Positions 61,187 to 64,000 of a DNA stretch of 64,000 nucleotides are shown here, in pieces. The translations under genes were made by a program, and so were the position numbers. The stretch covers positions 7,354 to 71,353 of the forward strand of contig JBPOIU010000022.1 of NCBI GenBank assembly GCA_052034255.1, written 5' to 3'. The stretch comes from Planctomycetota bacterium. GTDB lineage: Bacteria; Planctomycetota; B15-G4; JADJEK01. The notes below the pieces were generated by a model. The model worked only from the letters and a program-made list of their open reading frames with translations. It searched no databases and was not told where the DNA came from. Every line of letters begins with the position of its first letter. Position 1 is the stretch's first letter.

Positions 61187-63124
61187 ATGACCACCCACCA
61201 CGACAAGGAACGCCAGGAGGCGATGGACGTCGCCGAATCCGCGCGCGAACAACAGTGGAGCCATCCGAGCTTCGCCGCATCGTTGTTCGCCGGCGCATTC
61301 GACCCCGATCTCGTGTTCCCGTACCCCGAGCAGCCGGAAGCCGACCGCGCGAAGGGCGAGGCATTCGCGGCCGAACTCGAACGCTTCCTGCTGACCCATC
61401 ACGATGCCGAAACGGCCGACCGCGACGGCGTCATGCCGCAGGACGTCATCGACGGCCTGATCGAGATGGGCGCGTTCGCGCTGAAGATCCCGGAGAAGTA
61501 CGGCGGGAAAGGCTTCTCGCAAGCGAACTACAACCGCGTGGTTTCGCGCGCGGCGAGCTACTGCGCGTCGACCGCCGTGTGGCTCTCGGCTCACCAGTCC
61601 ATCGGCGTGCCAAACCCGCTGAAGATGTTCGGCAACGACGAGCAGAAGGCCCGCCTGTTCCCGCGCCTCGCGAACGGCGAGTTGTCGGCGTTCGCGCTGA
61701 CCGAGCCCGGCGTGGGTTCCGACCCGGCGAAGATGGAAACGCACGCGGTGCGTTCGCCCGACGGCAAGGGCTGGCTGATCTCCGGCAAAAAGCTCTGGTG
61801 CACGAACGGCCCGATCGCCGACATCCTGATCGTGATGGCGCGCACGCCGTCCGAGATGGTCGACGGCCGCGAGAAGAAGCGCATCACCGCATTCATCGTC
61901 GAGCGCGCGTGGAAGGGCATCTCGGTCGAGCACCGCTGCCAGTTCATGGGCCTGCGTTCGATCCAGAACGGCGTGCTCGTGTTCGAGAACGTGTTCGTTC
62001 CCGACGAGAACGTGCTGTGGGGTGAAGGCAAGGGCCTGAAGCTCGCGCTGATCACGCTGAACTCGGGGCGCTTGACGTTGCCGGCGTGCTGCTCGGGCGT
62101 CGCGCGCTCGGCGTTGCGCATCGCGCGCATGTGGGCCAAGGAACGCGTCCAATGGGGCGCGCCGATCGGCAAGCACGAGGCGGTCGCGCAGAAGCTCGCG
62201 TTCATGGCCTCGCACAGCTTCGCGATGGACTCGATCACCGAGTTCGCGACGGCGCTCGTCGACCGCGGCGACGCCGACGTGCGGCTCGAGGCCGCGATGG
62301 CGAAGCTGTTCTGCTCGGTGACGCTCGAGATGATCCTGAACGAACTGGTGCAAACGCGCGGCGGACGTGGCTTCGAAGAATCGCAGAGCCTGCGTGCGCG
62401 CGGCGAGACGCCATGGCCGGTCGAGCGCATGTATCGCGACGCGCGCATCAACACGATCGTCGAAGGCACGACCGAGATCCTGCACCTGTTCCTCGCGCGC
62501 GAAGCGCTCGACTTCCATCTGTCGAAGGCGGGCGATCTCGTGCTGAAGAAGCTGCCGTTCGGGCAGATGGCGAAGATCGCGGCCAAGTGCGCGGCGTTCT
62601 ATCCGTTCTGGTTCGTCAAGCAGTTCTTGCCGGGAGGCAAGCCCCTGCCCGACGGCGTGCCGTCCGCGCTCGCGGGTCACCTCGCGTTCGTGCGCAAGAC
62701 GGCGAAGAAGCTCGCGCGCACCACGTTCGTGAAGATGCTGCGCCACGGACCGACGCTCGAGCGGCGCGAACTGCTGCTGAACCGCGTCGTCGACGTCGGC
62801 ATCGAGCTGACCGTGATGTCGGCGACGTGCGCGCGCGCGACGATGATGCTGAAGAAGAACCCAAACGACGCGTCCCCGGCCGAACTCGCCGACTTGTTCT
62901 GCCGCATGGCGCGCCGCCGCATCGCGGTGGCGTTCGACGGCATGTCCGACAACGACGACCGCACGGTGGTCGCGGTCGCGAACGGCGTGCTCGAAGGCCG
63001 CTACGCGTGGCAGGAGTACGGCTTCATCGACCCGCTGGCCCGCGAGGAGATCACGAAGGCGAAGGACCGCGGCACGATCCCGGAGCGGGATGCGGCGGAG
63101 GCTCGCTCGGTCCCGCGTCGCTGA
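61187..63124 (+). CDS. Acyl-CoA dehydrogenase (large FadE-type with C-terminal extension)
   Basis: GGAG lies 8 nt upstream of the ATG (MTTHHDKERQ). SAFALTEPGVGSDPA...GKKLWCTNGPIAD...QTRGGRGFE are ACAD motifs. A ~170-aa C-terminal domain follows. Confidence 0.8.
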   Translation: MTTHHDKERQEAMDVAESAREQQWSHPSFAASLFAGAFDPDLVFPYPEQPEADRAKGEAFAAELERFLLTHHDAETADRDGVMPQDVIDGLIEMGAFALKIPEKYGGKGFSQANYNRVVSRAASYCASTAVWLSAHQSIGVPNPLKMFGNDEQKARLFPRLANGELSAFALTEPGVGSDPAKMETHAVRSPDGKGWLISGKKLWCTNGPIADILIVMARTPSEMVDGREKKRITAFIVERAWKGISVEHRCQFMGLRSIQNGVLVFENVFVPDENVLWGEGKGLKLALITLNSGRLTLPACCSGVARSALRIARMWAKERVQWGAPIGKHEAVAQKLAFMASHSFAMDSITEFATALVDRGDADVRLEAAMAKLFCSVTLEMILNELVQTRGGRGFEESQSLRARGETPWPVERMYRDARINTIVEGTTEILHLFLAREALDFHLSKAGDLVLKKLPFGQMAKIAAKCAAFYPFWFVKQFLPGGKPLPDGVPSALAGHLAFVRKTAKKLARTTFVKMLRHGPTLERRELLLNRVVDVGIELTVMSATCARATMMLKKNPNDASPAELADLFCRMARRRIAVAFDGMSDNDDRTVVAVANGVLEGRYAWQEYGFIDPLAREEITKAKDRGTIPERDAAEARSVPRR

Positions 63125-63136
63125 CGCGGGCGAACC

Positions 63137-63772
63137 TCACGGATACAGCCGCTCCACGAGCCAGCCGCGCCCTTTTCGCGTGTAACGGAACCGATCGTGC
63201 AGGCGGCTCGAGCGGCCTTGCCAGAACTCGACCGTGTCGGGCTTCAGCAGGTAGCCGCCCCATTGCGGCGGCGGCGGCACGTCCTTGCCCTTGAAGCGTG
63301 CTTCGGCGTCGAGCGCTTCGCGCTCGAGCGTCGCTCGATCCGCGAGCACCGCGCTCTGCTTCGATGCCCACGCGCCGATCTGCGAACCGCGAGGACGCGA
63401 GCGGAAGTACGCCTCGGTTTCCTTGCGCGACAGGCGCGCGACCTTGCCCGCCACGCGCACCTGACGCTCGAACGGCATCCAGTAGAAGCACAGCGCCGCG
63501 TTCGGGTTCGCGGCGAGGTCCATGCCCTTTTCGCTCTCGTAGTTCGTGAAGAACGAGAAGCCGTCGGCCGCGAGCCCCTTCAACAACACGATGCGGACCG
63601 AGGGCGCGCCGGACGCGTCGGCCGTCGCCAGCGCCATCGCGTTCGGTTCGATCGGATCGGTCGCGAGCCACTCGTCGAACCACGTGTGGAACTGGCGCAT
63701 GGGCTCGGGGTCGAGTTCGTGTTCGGCCAAGCCGCGATCGCGACAGTGCGTGCGCAGGTCGAGTTCGTTCAT
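63137..63772 (-). CDS. pdxH: Pyridoxamine 5'-phosphate oxidase
   Basis: Start is at MNELDLRTH. RIVLLKG...FFTNYESEKG...FYWMPFERQVRVAGKV...RLHDRFRYTR are PdxH signatures. Confidence 0.85.
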   Translation of the reverse strand: MNELDLRTHCRDRGLAEHELDPEPMRQFHTWFDEWLATDPIEPNAMALATADASGAPSVRIVLLKGLAADGFSFFTNYESEKGMDLAANPNAALCFYWMPFERQVRVAGKVARLSRKETEAYFRSRPRGSQIGAWASKQSAVLADRATLEREALDAEARFKGKDVPPPPQWGGYLLKPDTVEFWQGRSSRLHDRFRYTRKGRGWLVERLYP

Positions 63773-64000
63773 CACGCGGACTCCATGGCGGGGGTGCGCG
63801 AGCCTACTGCGCCGCGGAGGTGAACGCGCGCTTGCGACGAACGACCGCACGGGTGCGCGGGCGGGCCGGGTTCACGCTTGCGCGACTTCCCCGCGCGCGC
63901 ATGATCGCGGACCCGTCGTCGCGAGGCGTCCCGTGAGCTCCCCCACCACCATCGTTCGCCTGGACGCCGAACTCCTCGACGTCGACCTCACGGTTCCGTT

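Noticed and set aside
1-64000. CRISPR arrays, tRNA/rRNA genes, transposases/integrases
   Set aside because: No regularly spaced direct repeats were seen. No cloverleaf-like or rRNA-like regions stood out, and no transposase, integrase or recombinase-like ORFs were found. The internal repeats present are coding-sequence repeats (beta-helix coils, FG-GAP loops, coiled-coil repeats).
63901-64000. Possible start of a plus-strand gene at the window end (…VSSPTTIVRLDAELLDVDLTVP)
   Set aside because: Only ~30 codons are visible. That is too short to assign or even to confirm as coding.

Overview
High-GC (~70%) bacterial chromosome window. Envelope and codon signatures suggest a Gram-negative, perhaps Myxococcota-like lineage, but this is uncertain. 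Genes are densely packed, and most real genes sit beside long Arg/Ala/Gly-rich alternate-frame ORFs that are compositional artefacts. Content from start to end: (i) Positions 1-18.2 kb hold a large glycoconjugate-biosynthesis locus that runs off the window start. It has at least five paralogous GT4 glycosyltransferases that share a Cys4 insert, three GT2 domains, two LmbE/PIG-L-type deacetylase domains (one inside a GT4-LmbE-GT2 tri-domain fusion), a Kdo/WaaP-type sugar kinase, two paralogous ~340-aa GNAT acyltransferases, a secreted parallel beta-helix protein, and a polytopic membrane protein with a C-terminal HhH domain. Many of these genes are joined by ATGA stop/start overlaps. (ii) Next come an ECF42-type sigma factor with its YCII/DGPF partner, a VOC protein and a prenyltransferase-repeat protein. 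(iii) Then a YbbA/YbbP-like ABC exporter with an AttH/CrtC-like lipocalin. (iv) Then a four-gene amidoligase operon: a papain/C39-like peptidase, a RimK-like ATP-grasp ligase, a GCS2 carboxylate-amine ligase and an N-formylglutamate-amidohydrolase-like hydrolase. It sits directly beside a second polysaccharide module (two GT2 genes plus the Wzm/Wzt ABC exporter). (v) The rest is housekeeping and envelope genes: a DEDDh exonuclease, a CHASE2 adenylate cyclase, SH3b, M48 peptidase, a membrane protein with an SGNH hydrolase domain, GH26, VanX-like dipeptidase plus a second C39-like peptidase, NagB, an FG-GAP protein, an SSF symporter, GHL10, AmiC-type amidase, acyl-CoA dehydrogenase and PdxH. There are no rRNA, tRNA, CRISPR or obvious mobile-element genes. 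The most interesting candidates are the GT4/LmbE/GNAT/kinase glycoconjugate system (especially the tri-domain fusion and the Cys4-insert GT4 paralog family) and the ATP-grasp/GCS2/FGase/peptidase amidoligase operon.
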